A model generated the notes under the pieces. It did not search any database, was not told the origin of the DNA, and worked only from the letters and a program-made list of their open reading frames with translations. Positions 31,726-45,720 of a DNA stretch of 64,000 nt are shown piece after piece. Source of the DNA: the human T2T-CHM13v2.0 reference genome, Homo sapiens; assembly GCF_009914755.1 (NCBI RefSeq), contig NC_060931.1; one strand, 5' to 3'. A program made the translations under genes and the position numbers. How positions within the stretch are numbered: position 1 is the first letter of the stretch; each line of letters opens with the position of its first letter.

Positions 31726-34700
31726 AAAGCTCAAAAGTGTTCAGAACAATGACTCCCGTTACTTCCTGTCCACAGGACTGGAATAAAGTATGGGAGGAGG
31801 GAGTTAATTAGTTTCCTGCCCATTCTTGTTTTGATAAAATGAGGATAAAAGTAATGGCTTCACAGGACTGATGACAGGTAAATGAAATTACATCGTGTAA
31901 TTCATTCAGTACCTGCTCAATACATGTTGGCCCCTTCGTTATCTCTTCCTTTTTACCTCCCGTTCTATTTCTGTGCTTGCAGGCTAGGTGGAAATAGAGG
32001 CTGCCTAGAAACATGCATTAACAGGTGCTTCTTGGGCCACCCTAGCCTGAAGAAGGACAACCAGAGAGTATAACAGTGGCACCTCAATGCCTTGGCCTTG
32101 AGGACCCTCAGTGTCCCTTCAGGCCTCCAGATTTGAGGGGAGGCTCTAGCATGTTCTGGCTGCAGCTATTGTCTTCAGGGATTCTGCAGCTTGTAGCTGC
32201 TTGGTAAGTTCTTTGCTTGTGGCTGATTGTTACCCATTTCCGACCTGTGTCTTATATTCTTGTTCTGAGCCTGGTACCATCCTTGCTCCATGCCAACCCA
32301 CTCCCATCAGGTCTTCTACCCCAACACAACACTTCACGTCTGGTATGAAACTTGCCCATACGCAGGCCCCTTCCTCTCCCTGTTGCACCTGCCTCCTCAG
32401 GTGGAACAGGCCTGAAAGCCTGTCCTAGGCATGCATGAGGTTGCCTCATAAAACATCACTGTGTCTTCTACTTTGATTATAGAGCCAGGTGTCCCCACTA
32501 TTATGGAGGCTGAGGCCACCCCTGTCTTTCTGTTATATAACTCATATTTCCCTGTCTGAGTAATCAAGATTGTAGGGCTACATTAACAGTCCCTAATACA
32601 CACATACATACTCCAAACCCATCATCATTGACTCCCCCAGCGAAATGTTTCCAGATTCTATTAAGTTTTCGCTCTTTCCAAAGCTTTTCCTCTTCAGCCT
32701 ATAAAAAGCAAGCAGCTATTTGCTTCATTCCCAGGGGTACTTCTACCAATTGGAGCTGGGCTGTTGGAGTCATCTCCACTGCCTACCACCAGGACAAGCA
32801 GAGAAGTGTGAGTGGAAGAGAGAGAGGTGGCAGGGAAATCTCCCTTAGTGTGAGCTGTGTGGTCAGGGGTCCCAGGTGCCCACAGTCATAGAGGAGGTAG
32901 GGGCCCACTTGAAAATCACCAGATGCTTTTTTCAGACCAGGCCTGAGTGGTTTTTTGTCTCCCAGCCTGGGTTGCTTATATCTCCTTCCTCCCTGCCCCT
33001 GCACCCTCTGTCTTGGTGCCTATTCTCATTATCAGAGTTGGTAAGGCTCTCATGCCCTCAGAAGAGGAATTCGTCCATTTTCTCCCTCAGCTGGAAGCCA
33101 CACACCTTGCTAGGTCTCCTGTCAACCACAACATATTTGAACTACTTTTACTTAAGCAGGATCACTCTGCCCTAATAGAATAACCAGGAGGCATCCCTGC
33201 AGCTTTACTTCATTCTGGAGGGGCTAACCTTCCTGCTGCTGTCCACCAGCTTCTCTAGTCTCCAAAGGTGTACAATTCTGAAGCAGAGTCCTCTTTTCCC
33301 TCCCAGCAGCGCATTCAGCTAGCACTTACTGAGCACTAATTATGTGCCAGCCATTGGGACGCTGGTCAGAACATGATGCGTGCTCTCAAGAAGTGCCCAG
33401 TCATTGAGAAGACAGACCGGGCCGTGCCCCTATGAGGCAGGCAGAGTTCTGCTGGGCCCACTGGAACGAGGCAGCCAGCTCACAGTCAGAGTTGGGGCAG
33501 ATAGCCCAGGTGCTCTGTTAACTCCTGGAAGCCAGATCCCGTGCTTTGCTGTTACAAATATTCTCCAAGTGTGCAGTGGTAGGGGAGTGGCCTGGCTGTA
33601 TACAGAATGCCCAAACCTTCCACTCAACTCTGAAAACCTTGAACATTGTGGTCCCCAGAATTGAGCCTTGGCTGATAGGAAATCCTGACCTGGTCATTAT
33701 CACCAAGGAGGGCTTCCCAAGTCACGGGGTCTTCACTACCACACACAGGCCTCCACTGGCCAGCTTGTGCTTAAACCATCTAGTATTTACTTGTACAAAA
33801 ACAAATAATTTTTAACTTTTTTAAAGCAATAAACATTTTTCCTCTCCTAATTCAGTCTTACATGAAACCTTAAAGTAGATGTAGGCCTGCTCTGGTTGAA
33901 ACTGGAATGAGAAGTCTGGTAGCCCAGCAACCCCAAGGCCCCCTCTGCATACAGTTCAGAAAATAACAGATGGGTGTGACCCATCACCACCAGAAAATCC
34001 CAAGTTTTTGAGGTCCCACCCATAGAGGAGGAGGCCTCCACCCTGCTCTGAGCAGCAGGGAGGGGGCTGCAGAGCCAGTACCCGTTCCTTAGCATGTCCA
34101 AGTGCTGTAGACAGAGCTGCTGAGGGGGAAAAAAATAAAGAAAAATTGCCAGCACCAATGGGGGATAGCTTTCATCTTAATCTTGCCCCAAATCCCAGAA
34201 CCAGTAAACCATCTGCTGTCCTCACTGTGCCCGCCCAAGAGGTAGTGGAGGGCACAACAGGCAGTCCCAGAGGGTACCGAGGGGAGGAGGGTGCCACACT
34301 CCCAGCACTCATTTCAGCAGCGGGGCAGACTGGGCTTGACACAATATGGAGGTGAGGACCTAGCCCAGTACGTATTTAGCTTTCAAATTATAAGTCTGGG
34401 AGTGCGGGAAGTCAAGAGAAAATAGAGAGGAAAGAATGAAGAGTGTTATGACAGAAATGCATTCCCATTAAAAATGTACTCTTTTTTTTTTTTTAAAAAA
34501 AAAAAAGAAAGCTCATCTAATGTTAATCTAGAAACTCTAATTTCATGGGGATTTCAAGAGGCTTGTGGAAGAAAACATCGTGGTAATTGTATATGCTAAT
34601 GGAGTACCTACAGGACATTGTTATAGTGATGGAAATTCTATTTCATGCAAACACTAAAGCAGTCCTCCCTTTATATCTTGGTAAAGCTGATTGACAGAGT

Positions 34701-35084
34701 ATAAAATTGCTTTTTAATCCAATTTAGGAAACAAAATGTGTAGTGGGTTTTAGCATTTTAAAATGCTTGAAGCGTGGAAGCAGAAATTCAAAATACCCTG
34801 GCAGACTGTCTATGATATTATATATCAACAGGACATTTTAGAAATATTATTTCGATATAAGTTTCTTTGAATTGAGTCATATTTTGTTCCAAAGCTTTTT
34901 TGGATTAGAGTAAGGAGAATGTATTGTGGAAATATGACCCAGAGGAAAATGAACAGAAACCAGTTTTTAGCCACATTTCTCAGGAATAGGAAGTTTAAGT
35001 CTCTTTCTTTAACAAAAAGCACTGCAGCTGCTTTCCCCAAGACTACTCCCATACAGGCCACCCCCACCAGGCTCATTACCTCTA

Positions 35085-36090
<1,006 letters not shown>

Positions 36091-36219
36091 CTATGGCAGT
36101 GATTTCCAAACTGTCCTCCTAGGAGAGCCAGGAGGGTTCCCCAGACCTCTCTTGGGTCCCTCCCTCAGATTTCCCCACAGCTTTGTTTTTCATCAGCTTC
36201 ACAGATTCTAAGTGTTTTT

Positions 36220-36472
36220 TCCCCCCTCTCAGTATCTGCAGGGGATTGGTTCCAGGACCCCTCACATATACCAAAATCTGCACATACTCAAGTCCCCCAG
36301 TGGGCCCTGCAGAACCGAACAGAACCTGTGTTATGCAAAAAATCAGCTCTCTGTATATGCAGGTTTCCCATCCCATGAATATTATATTTTCAATCCGTGT
36401 TTAGTTGAAAAAAATTTTGTATAAAAGTAAGCCTGTGCAGTTCAAACCCAGGTTGCTCAAGAGCCAACTGTA
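36220..36472. mobile_element. MER8 (Tigger family MITE)
   Basis: ggggattggttccaggacccc...taccaaaatc...gcagttcaaaccc...ccaactgta. Confidence 0.8.
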
Positions 36473-36579
36473 GTCTGTGTCTAAAAGTCTGAAAACCAGT
36501 TACTGAAGGTCAGGGCACCCTCTGGAGCAGGTCATGAAGGCCTTTTACAGCCTACTTTTTCTACTTCACTCCTTTGGAG

Positions 36580-36780
36580 AGTAGCCTGAGTTCAAATGCA
36601 GGTTTTGCCACTTCCAACTGTGTAACCCTGAACAAGTTAGTTCCTAAAGCCTTCATTTTCCCATCTGTGAAACAGGAATAGAAATATTAGCTCTATCACA
36701 GAGTTAGTGTTAAGGAGTTACTGAGATAATGCTTGGCATGTGTGTTAGTGTGTAATCAGTGTTGGCAGTTACCATCATGT
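36580..36780 (+). mobile_element. MIR
   Basis: gagttcaaatgc...ttttcccatctgtgaaacagg core. Confidence 0.7.
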
Positions 36781-37145
36781 TAGTACTCAGGCCCCACCAG
36801 TTTAGAAACACATCATGCCCTTGAATGCCTTGGTTTGCTTTTGGTAGGCTTTGATGCTTTTGGTATACTTTGCCCGTTAATGCTGGTTTGGAATCCCCCC
36901 TCCTCATTTTTTCAGTATAAACTCTTATTTAATTAGTAAAATTGATGTTTTCATTTTTCTGTGAAGCTTCTCAGACACAATGCTCTCCATTTGCTTCCTT
37001 AGTGCTAAGTTTATACATCTTACTAAGGTACTTACCATGTTGAATTTTATTCTTTCTCCATACATTCTCTTTTTCTCTCCTCTCTCTCTCCCTCCTCTAC
37101 TCCTACAAAGACTATGGATCATCAAGGTGGGGACCTGGCCTGATT

Positions 37146-37292
37146 CATATCCATGCCCCTGAGGTAAATTATGGTGCTTCCATATCTGTGTCCTTGGAAT
37201 ACACAAAGGATCCTTCCATATCCATGTCCTTGGATAGGCTGTGGGTGCTCCCATATCTGTACACTTGAGATACACTGTGGGCCTTCGCATAT
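37146..37292. repeat. Degenerate minisatellite, 4 units of 35/36 bp, inside an L2 3' end
   Basis: Units start with catat at 37146, 37181, 37217, 37252 and 37288. Confidence 0.75.
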
Positions 37293-37614
37293 TTTTTGAA
37301 TGAAGCAAAGTAACCGATGAACAGAGAAGTGAACCAGGAAGAAGCAGGTGCCTTGTGATGAGGACCCCTGAGTGGTACTGAAATCACCAGGTTTAATTTG
37401 ACAATTCAGCTTTGCTTTATGCTTGCCTCCATATCGGTCGGTTAATGACCCTCGTTAGCCCAGGTCTCTTCAACTGATCTGCTACTACAATAAAAGTGCT
37501 GAAGTATTTTACCTAAAAACAAACTCAGTTATCTGTGGGACATGTATATGTGGAAAACACAAATTACCTCTACAGTAATATGAACATTTAATTTTTTTGG
37601 TAGCAAAAATATCT

Positions 37615-37810
37615 ACTATTCAATGCACGCTTATATGCCAGGTACTATGTGAATGAATGCTTTACATATATTACATAATCTTCAAAAATTAAAACCAGCA
37701 AGGTGTGTTTTTACTATTCCAGTTTTACAGAGGAGCAAACTGAGGTTCAAAGAAATTAAATAACATGTCCAGGGTCTCGTAGCTAAACAGTAGAGCCAGG
37801 ATTCCAGTAA
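37615..37810 (-). mobile_element. MIR
   Basis: ttttacagaggagcaaactgaggttc core. Confidence 0.75.
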
Positions 37811-38141
37811 GTGATTCAAAGTGGCAGATGGTAGATGAGAGGAGGTAAGGCAAGGAATCCTGGTGATGTCTACCTCATTCTCCATCACCGCATGATCTGA
37901 GTGAGCCATGGCTACTTGCAGTGTTTTTTTTGTCCTGTGCCTGCTTTGTGTCTTACTGATTCCAGGGAGTAAGCAACATTGAAACTCAGACTATGTGGTG
38001 TCTCTCCCAAATAGCACTAGCTTTATTCTCAGAACTCCTTATTGATGTTTTAAAAACATCTTTTCTGGTCTTAGGCCATTTTATCAGAGCCAGTTGCACC
38101 AAAGCATTGTAGGCATGAAAAAAATTTGCTATCTCCAGTTA

Positions 38142-38429
<288 letters not shown>

Positions 38430-40202
38430 TTATTATAGAAAACTTGGAAAGCACAGAAGGAGTACAAAAGAAGTTAATCTCCCATTAAAATCAAATATTT
38501 AACCACCATGAACATTCAACCTGTGATTGTCCAATGGTTTTTAATGCCTACCTATACCTTTTTTTGTCAAAATAATTAATAATCTGCTATGTAAATTGTT
38601 AGGGTACATTGATTTTTTTCCATTTAGCAATGTATGATGAACATTTCCCTGTGCTAATACATATTATTTCACTACCTGGTTTTGGGAGCAACTTAATAGT
38701 CATCATTGACTGTGATATAAATTAATGTACCTGTTTTTTTTCACATTTTGTTTATTTATACTTTTGCTAATGATTTTCATATGACTTATGCTATTGTTGA
38801 TATTGAAAATCCCAAAAAAATAGTTGTATGAGTTAATTCTTTGGTATTAACATTTATGTGAATGATAACTATGGGATCATTTTCATTCAAATTATGATAG
38901 AATTTTAAGATCTTAGCAAAAAGCACTTTAGCAGCCACCCAAGGTAGCCTCTAATAGGCCACATCTCTTCAGCAGTTTCCCTGACAGGTGAGCCAGTCTC
39001 CACTCAGAGACCTCCATGAGTAGGCGCTGCTCACACCTAAAGACCACAGCTCTCTGCTTCTCTTCATATGCCCTGACTTTGGATGCTCCTGCAGTGGAGG
39101 CTGACACAAATAGATTTTGAAAAGTTGCTTCCAAAATTTTTAGAAGCACTGCATTTCAAGATCAGTGTGATTTTATCTGGGAAGGAAGTTAGAGGCAGGA
39201 TGGCGGGCAAAATAGCACAGAACCAAGCCATTATTATAGATGGACAAAGCGTGTTCTTTGATTTGTGAGCTACAGTTATTCTAATTGATTTCTGCATACT
39301 TGTGGATAGGGATCTGCCCTGTTCCATTTATTTTTCTCTTGACAAGTAAGATGTGAAATGTTGTTCCATGCTTTTCTAATTTAAATGTTGCACATGTTGA
39401 GAACTGATCTTGCCAGCCATTTTAAGCCTGGCCAAAAACATAACACATTGTTGTTATTAGCCTTCATCATTTGGTTAGGGCCAACATTTTGTTTGGAATT
39501 ATAAAGGAGTGTAAATCTCTTTTATAGTCATAGCCGATTTCTGCCATAAGATAGATAAGATGAGAAGGCAGAGTTGTTTCCTTGATGTATTGCTTTGGTT
39601 AGCCTCATAAGGCTGATTAGGCCAGGGATGTTCACTTTGAGAGACTTCTTGGGAAGTAAGATTTCAATGTAATTCAACTTAAAAAAATATTACCTTGATG
39701 TGCAAGGCTCTGTAGGAGGTGTGGGGAGGGGAAATTAAGGTGCAGATGGCAAAGTTCATGCTCTTGGGGGTCTTATGATTTAGCAGAGGAACAAGATACA
39801 CAATAACTAATATAAGGTGGCGTGTGATTAGTACACATACACAAAGATTGGAGAGAACTTAGAGGAGAAACAGCATTACCTCATGGCCTATGTTTGGGGC
39901 TGCGGATGATGTCCTTGAGGCCATATGTATCCCATTGATCCTGCAGGCTGAGTAAGCCATCCGTCTCACACACATATGTACTACTGTTTTCCAAATGTAT
40001 TATATGTAGATGCTCTGGTGGCCAACAATGCTTTTAGATTAATTTTTGTTGTATTACATTTATGGTAGCTTTTTGTCATATTGTATATTTTCAGTCAGTA
40101 GCTACTACCCTGATGATTCCTGTCATGAACACCTTTGAAATTTTTTCATGTTAAAAATTGGTCCAGTTATCCAAAGATGAAAAACCATTGTCCACAGCAG
40201 TC

Positions 40203-40400
40203 AATGCTGTCCAAAAGACTTTTCCGTGATCATGGAAATATTCCCTGCATTGTCCAATACAGTAGTTATTAGCCACATGCAGCACCTGAGCACTTGAAAT
40301 ATGGCTAGTGAGATGGAGGAAATGAATTTTTAATTTTGTTTGGTTTTAACTAATTAAAATATAAATAACCACATGCAGTAGAAACTGTCGTATTGAAAAC
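40203..40400. mobile_element. MER3 (hAT-Charlie)
   Basis: tgctgtccaa...tagccacatg...gagcacttgaaatatggctagtg. Confidence 0.8.
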
Positions 40401-40493
40401 GGATGGCACATATCTATAATGTCCCTTTGTCAGGAATTTTCTGAACTCTTCCCCTCCCCTGCCAGGTTGACTTGCCCTGCCTCCTGCTAGTTT

Positions 40494-40791
40494 CTTTTCA
40501 TTTTTTTTTTTTTAGGCGGAGTCTTGCTGTGTTGCCCAGGCTGGAGTGCAGTGGCGCTATCTTGGCTCACTGCAACCTCTGCCTCCCAAGTTCAAACAAT
40601 TCTCTGCCTTAGCCTCCTGAACAGCTGGGATTGTAGGCACCCACCACCACGCCCAGCTAATTTTTGTATTTTTAGTAGAGACAGAGTTTTACCACCTTGG
40701 CCAGGCTGGTCTTGAACTCCTGACCTCGTGATCCACCCGCCACGACCTCCCAAAGTGCTGAGATTACAGCCGTGAGCCACCGCGCCCAGCC
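40494..40791 (-). mobile_element. AluS with TSD ctgctagttt
   Basis: Antisense dimer; TSD at 40484-40493 and 40792-40801. Confidence 0.93.
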
Positions 40792-42250
40792 CTGCTAGTT
40801 TATTTTCTACCCACAAATGTGGGTGACTACCAGGCCCACTTCTTCTCAGGTGCCCCTATTCCTGAAGGTTCTTTAGGCTAAGAGAAGAGTTCTTTCATAG
40901 ATGCTTAATGAAATGTGAAAGCCTTTTCTAATCATAGAAATGAAAAGAATGGTAGTTTACACTTTTCTTTTATCCACCATCTGATTGTCAGGGGCTTTAA
41001 GAAGATTTCTGTATACCTGGGACACATGAGTTAGTTGTTTTCATATTTTATGTTTCAAATTTTATAAACATGATCCTTCTTTAAAAATTGACTATTTGAT
41101 AAATGTGGTGGCTATGAATAATTAGAAAGTCAGATCAAAATCTTATTCCAGGGCTCTCATTAGGCCAGAAATTTCCCTTCTCCTTTGTTTTTTTGATGAT
41201 GATTGTTATGGATAACCAAATGCTCTTCCTTATCCAACTTACTCTGGAACAATTAATACAGTTCATAACACTTTACAAGTTATTTATTTTTTTTCATGAC
41301 TCGTAGCCTCGGGGTCCTTTAAGACTATCACTGGCAGTAGCAATGTACATTTTAATGGTTCCTATTAAGGTAACAAAATCACAAGAGGATAGCCAGGTAA
41401 CTCCGAACATAAAATCCACCATAATATAAATATAATTATTTATATTATGGCTGATATTCATTATAAACATAGTGCAAATTGGATTGCTGGGTAATTCTCT
41501 ATTCTTATTTTTCCGAAAAGATTTTTGTCTTGCACTGTTTTAAAACAAGACATTAGGAGGAAAGCAGTAGTTCATAGAATCCAAAAAGGCAGATGGCCAG
41601 AAAGCTCTTCTAGAACTCATGTTTGAGGAGTTCCACCAAAATAACAAACACCTCTCATGGACCAGCCTGGAAATGGGTCCCAGGTCTTTCTGTGGAGTAT
41701 GGCTTTCTATCCTACCTCCTCCCAAGTGTGACGACCGTTATCAGTGTCCTCCTGCTGCTCTCTGGGTGTCTCACTTCCCTACTCTTCCTGCTTTGAGGCC
41801 AGAAGCTTGGAGGTTTCTTCAAATATCAGACCCAGAGGGAGGAAGGTTTCAGTTGCTGAGCCAAGATGCCTGCATGTGTTCTCCTGGCTCCTGCTGGGCC
41901 ATACACCTCGACACCAACCGTGCCAATGGGAGAGGAAGCTTAAGGGCAACTGAGGGATGCCCAAAGGGTACAAATCCTCAACTAGATGACAGGGAAACAT
42001 TGATAGTTGTGCCATAGTCTCCATTCTGTATACCAGGACTCTTCTACCTTTCACTGTCTTTCATAAACTTCCACGGACAGAAAAATACATAGGCAATTAT
42101 TTCTGATGCTAAAATTTTTGAACACCTTTTTAAGCGCTTGATCTTGCTGTCCATATCCCTCTGTAGTCTACTAGTCTCCATTTTACAGGAGATTGCATGG
42201 GCTGTTGTTATGTTTGTCTTTGGTGGTGGTGGTGGGGTGGGTGTATGTGT

Positions 42251-42252
<2 letters not shown>

Positions 42253-42286
<34 letters not shown>
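42253..42286. repeat. (GT)17 microsatellite in a GT-rich tract starting at 42221
   Basis: Read directly from the sequence. Confidence 0.97.
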
Positions 42287-42287
<1 letters not shown>

Positions 42288-43128
42288 AGGGATGGATCCA
42301 GGAGGGGAGAATGCCAGCCAGAAAAGAAAGGTTAACATTTGCAATTATAAAATAACCTTCAAAAATTGCTCCCTATCTATCCTATAGTAAAACAAAAGAA
42401 TAAAAATGGAAACGTAGTCTTTTCTCAGCCCCCGGGAAGTATATCCATTCTTGCCCTGTACTCCTACCCACTTTGTAGAAGATAGCAATGAAGAGGTGTA
42501 CGCTGAGACCCCCATCCCCTACCCCAACTCCCTAGTCTTCGGGAAAGGATCGAAGAGTGTCACAGTTTGGGGTCTATAATGCTCCCCTCCCTTGGGTCTT
42601 CCCATGCTCTGGCTACCACCCTTCCTCCCTGTAGCACCTGAGCAGCTGTGGGTGGCTCTTTTCATAGGACAAGATTTTTCTCCTTGATACATGTGTATAG
42701 AAAAAAATAATGGACAGTGCTACTCAATCTCAAATCTTTCTAATGCACTTGGTTTAGCCACATAACTTCTTAACCTTCATGTGTCTGTTTTATAAGGTTT
42801 CATTCTGCTTCCAAAATTATACCAAATTATTGTGTCTTCTACATTTTCCTTTATGCTGTTTGAGTCTTATGTATTTCTTTGATTAGAGTGTCTTAGCCTG
42901 AAAGCCTCTGATCTTCACTGTAGGAAACTAGTACAAGGCTAATCATCTGTCAGCAAACTTTGTATTGCTGGATGTTTTAGTAATTGCCTTCAAATGTAGT
43001 AATGAGGTTGCAGGTTTAATGAAATGCTTATAAGTGGTGGCTTTAGGGAAATCAACTGCTCTATTTTCAATACTGAATTCTAAATTACTTAGGTATTAAC
43101 ACAAGTGTGTCCTGCTTTTTTATTTCAG

Positions 43129-43279
43129 TACCTACTAGAAATGAAAAGCTTAATCCTACCCCCAGAACATATCCTGAAGAGAGGAGACAGTGAAGCAATA
43201 GCATATGCATTCTTTCATCTTGCACACTGGAAGAGAGTGGAAGGGGCTTTGAATCTTTTGCATTGTACGTGGGAAGGCA
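43129..43279 (+). CDS. ST7: ST7 internal coding exon (about exon 13), 151 nt, [14 protein letters not shown]...LHCTWEG+A
   Basis: ttttttatttcag|TAC acceptor and GGCA|gtaagt donor; contained in ORF 43105..43287; phase 0 to 1. Confidence 0.97.
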
Positions 43280-45469
43280 GTAAGTAATTTTCTTTTTTTG
43301 AAACATTTTTAAGAGCATGAAAAGGTGCTAAAATGTTTTTGCACTGTTTATGATGAATAATGAAGATTTACATATGTACTGCTCTTGTGTTCTGTGATGG
43401 CCCATCTAAGCCAGTTAGTGACTTAGGTTCTCCCATCCCCCGGTGGTGGTGGGTATTCCTGTGGTGAGGCTGTTTCCACAGCTCAGAAAGGTAAGTTTAT
43501 ATTATAGATGGGGTGAACCCAGATGTTCTTCAAAGGGGCACCTTGTCACCCTGAAAACCCTGTTTGGAAACTTGGACAGCCCCACAGCATCATGGTGATC
43601 TTTGGCATTGGGTTAGGCTTCGTGCTGGACACTGATGACCACTTCTTGATGGCCTTTGTGGGAGGGTTGGCTAAGAGCCACAGTTATCCTCCACTGGAAC
43701 CAGACCGGCCATCCAAAAAGGTGTGGCAGTTATGCTTCAAACCAAGGACAGTGGCCATTGAACCCTGGTGTTTGCTAGGAGGTGTAGCATTCATGTATTA
43801 ACGGATAAATGCTGGGTAGATGAATGCGGGCTTGTTCTCCATAGATAGTATTATTCCATGTAAGGAGAATAGGCTGTAATGGTGGGGGAGACATGCTCCC
43901 TGCATGTCGTCTAATTGGGAAGAGGAACCAGCAGCACGTGGCAGCTGCCTGTTGATTTTCAGAAGGGAGAGGTCCATGGGGTGGAGTGATCTTGGTTAAC
44001 ATTATGAGTCAGATGAGATTTGAACCAAGCCTTGAAGAAGTAGGACATTATTATAAGGAAGGACACCATGTGAAGAAATGGTAAGTGGTGGGGCTGTTTG
44101 AGAGGATGTAAATTAAGGAAAAAAGTCAAGACTATGAATTATTGGACAACAAGTGCATTGACATTCTGCTAGCATTAATTTTAGCAAAACAAGTACAATA
44201 TGAAGCATGGGTTTCTTTTTCCACCCATGGGAAACTAAAACAAGAGAGTCTTCTGACAGTTGTTTCCTAGCTCACCCTTACTCTGATCAACCTCACAAAC
44301 AAGTGTCTTTTTAATCCTTTCACTCTGTTTATCTTTACTGCTTCCATTTTCATTTTGATAATCTGCTCCTCCCTTTTCCGGCCCTTCCCTAACCCAGCAG
44401 GAGTCCAAGTTGGTGTAGGAAGGGAGGTTGGGGGAGCAAAATGGGATAGTGTAAAAATAAGCTACAGATGGGACTCAAAGTTGATTGAAAATTTTTGTTT
44501 CATTTTGAAAATATTTCTTTAGCAAATTAGCAGTAGTTCTGCTTCTATAGATTACTATTTATAACTTGAAGGAGGATTTTATCAGTGCCTCCGCCCCTCC
44601 TCAGTAAGTGTAATAGCACACTCCAGGTGCCTGCGTGGCACCAGCAACTGTATTTAAATGGGTTAAGACACACCACTCTCCACTCAGGGTGTGTGTGAGC
44701 ATGGTCATGATTCCTTCTGGCTTGTGCTTCCTGTTGTATGTAAGATGTTCTATCAGAAAGGAAACACAATACATGTTTATTTAAGCATGAGAAAGAGACA
44801 GAAAAGCCCAGCAGGGTTGAACGGGAGAGGCCTCACCTAGTGTCAGTTGTGGAGAAATTAAATGGACAAGTTGGCTTACCAAATTTTTGTAGATTGGCAT
44901 CTTAGAAATAATAATAGAAGCATCCATTGGGTCTCATAGAAAAGAAAGTTACCTGTCCCATAGAAAGGACCCAAAAAAGGGGTGGGGCAAAGGGTGATAA
45001 AGACATGGTATCACCATAGAAAAATGGCATCACCATAGAAAAAATAAAAATCCTATGAAGAGTAACTGGAAACTCTCTTTGGAAATTAGTTATCCATGTG
45101 GTCAGATAACAGTGGGGAGATGATCTGATCAACTGGAAGGATAATGAGATTAAAAGAAACATGAAGTGAAACAGGGAGCTACAAAGTCAAGCAGAATAGT
45201 TGTATGGGGATTTAATTTTCTCAAATTAAATTGGCAGAATGCTTTATTAGGATAAAAAGAGGAGGTGGGTTTTCAGGCATAACACAGTATGGCCAGGTAC
45301 CTATAGGAAAGGAAAATTCTGCAGTTGATCCTTACAGATAGGCAGGAACCACTCTGGAGAAGTGTTTGTGAAAATCAGGTAACTGTGATCCCAGCCAAAG
45401 TCACTTACACTGCCATTCAGTTTTCACAGAGAGCCATAACATTCAATTTTAGAAAAGAGGACTGTGGAA

Positions 45470-45720
45470 GTGCTTACTATATGCTAAATGCTTGAGAATG
45501 CCACGAACCTTGAAGAGTGTTTGTTTAACTAGGTAATTTACAGAGGTTTTGCATTTACATCATTCACTCTTCCTGATAATATTCTGAGTTAGGCCGGACA
45601 GAGGTGGCCATCTCAATTTTTCAAGAGAGGAAACAGGTTCATTGAGATCGGTGTCTTGTTGAAGGTCCTGTGGCCACTGTTGGGGAGCCAGGATGTAAAC
45701 CCAAGGTCACTTTTCCTTCA
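45470..45720 (-). mobile_element. MIR
   Basis: gtgcttactatatgctaa...gaggaaacaggttc...gagccaggatgtaaaccc. Confidence 0.6.

Noticed and set aside
34482-34505. T13A11 palindrome
   Set aside because: Low-complexity homopolymer junction with no TSD or other support for function.
37146-37292. CRISPR-like periodic repeat
   Set aside because: Human DNA, contiguous diverged units, no spacers and no cas genes; treated as a minisatellite.
43963-44080. 118-nt pseudo-exon with ATG|gtaagt donor
   Set aside because: Weak pyrimidine tract and no supporting motifs; such pairs are common by chance. The same applies to donors at 31445 and 33041.
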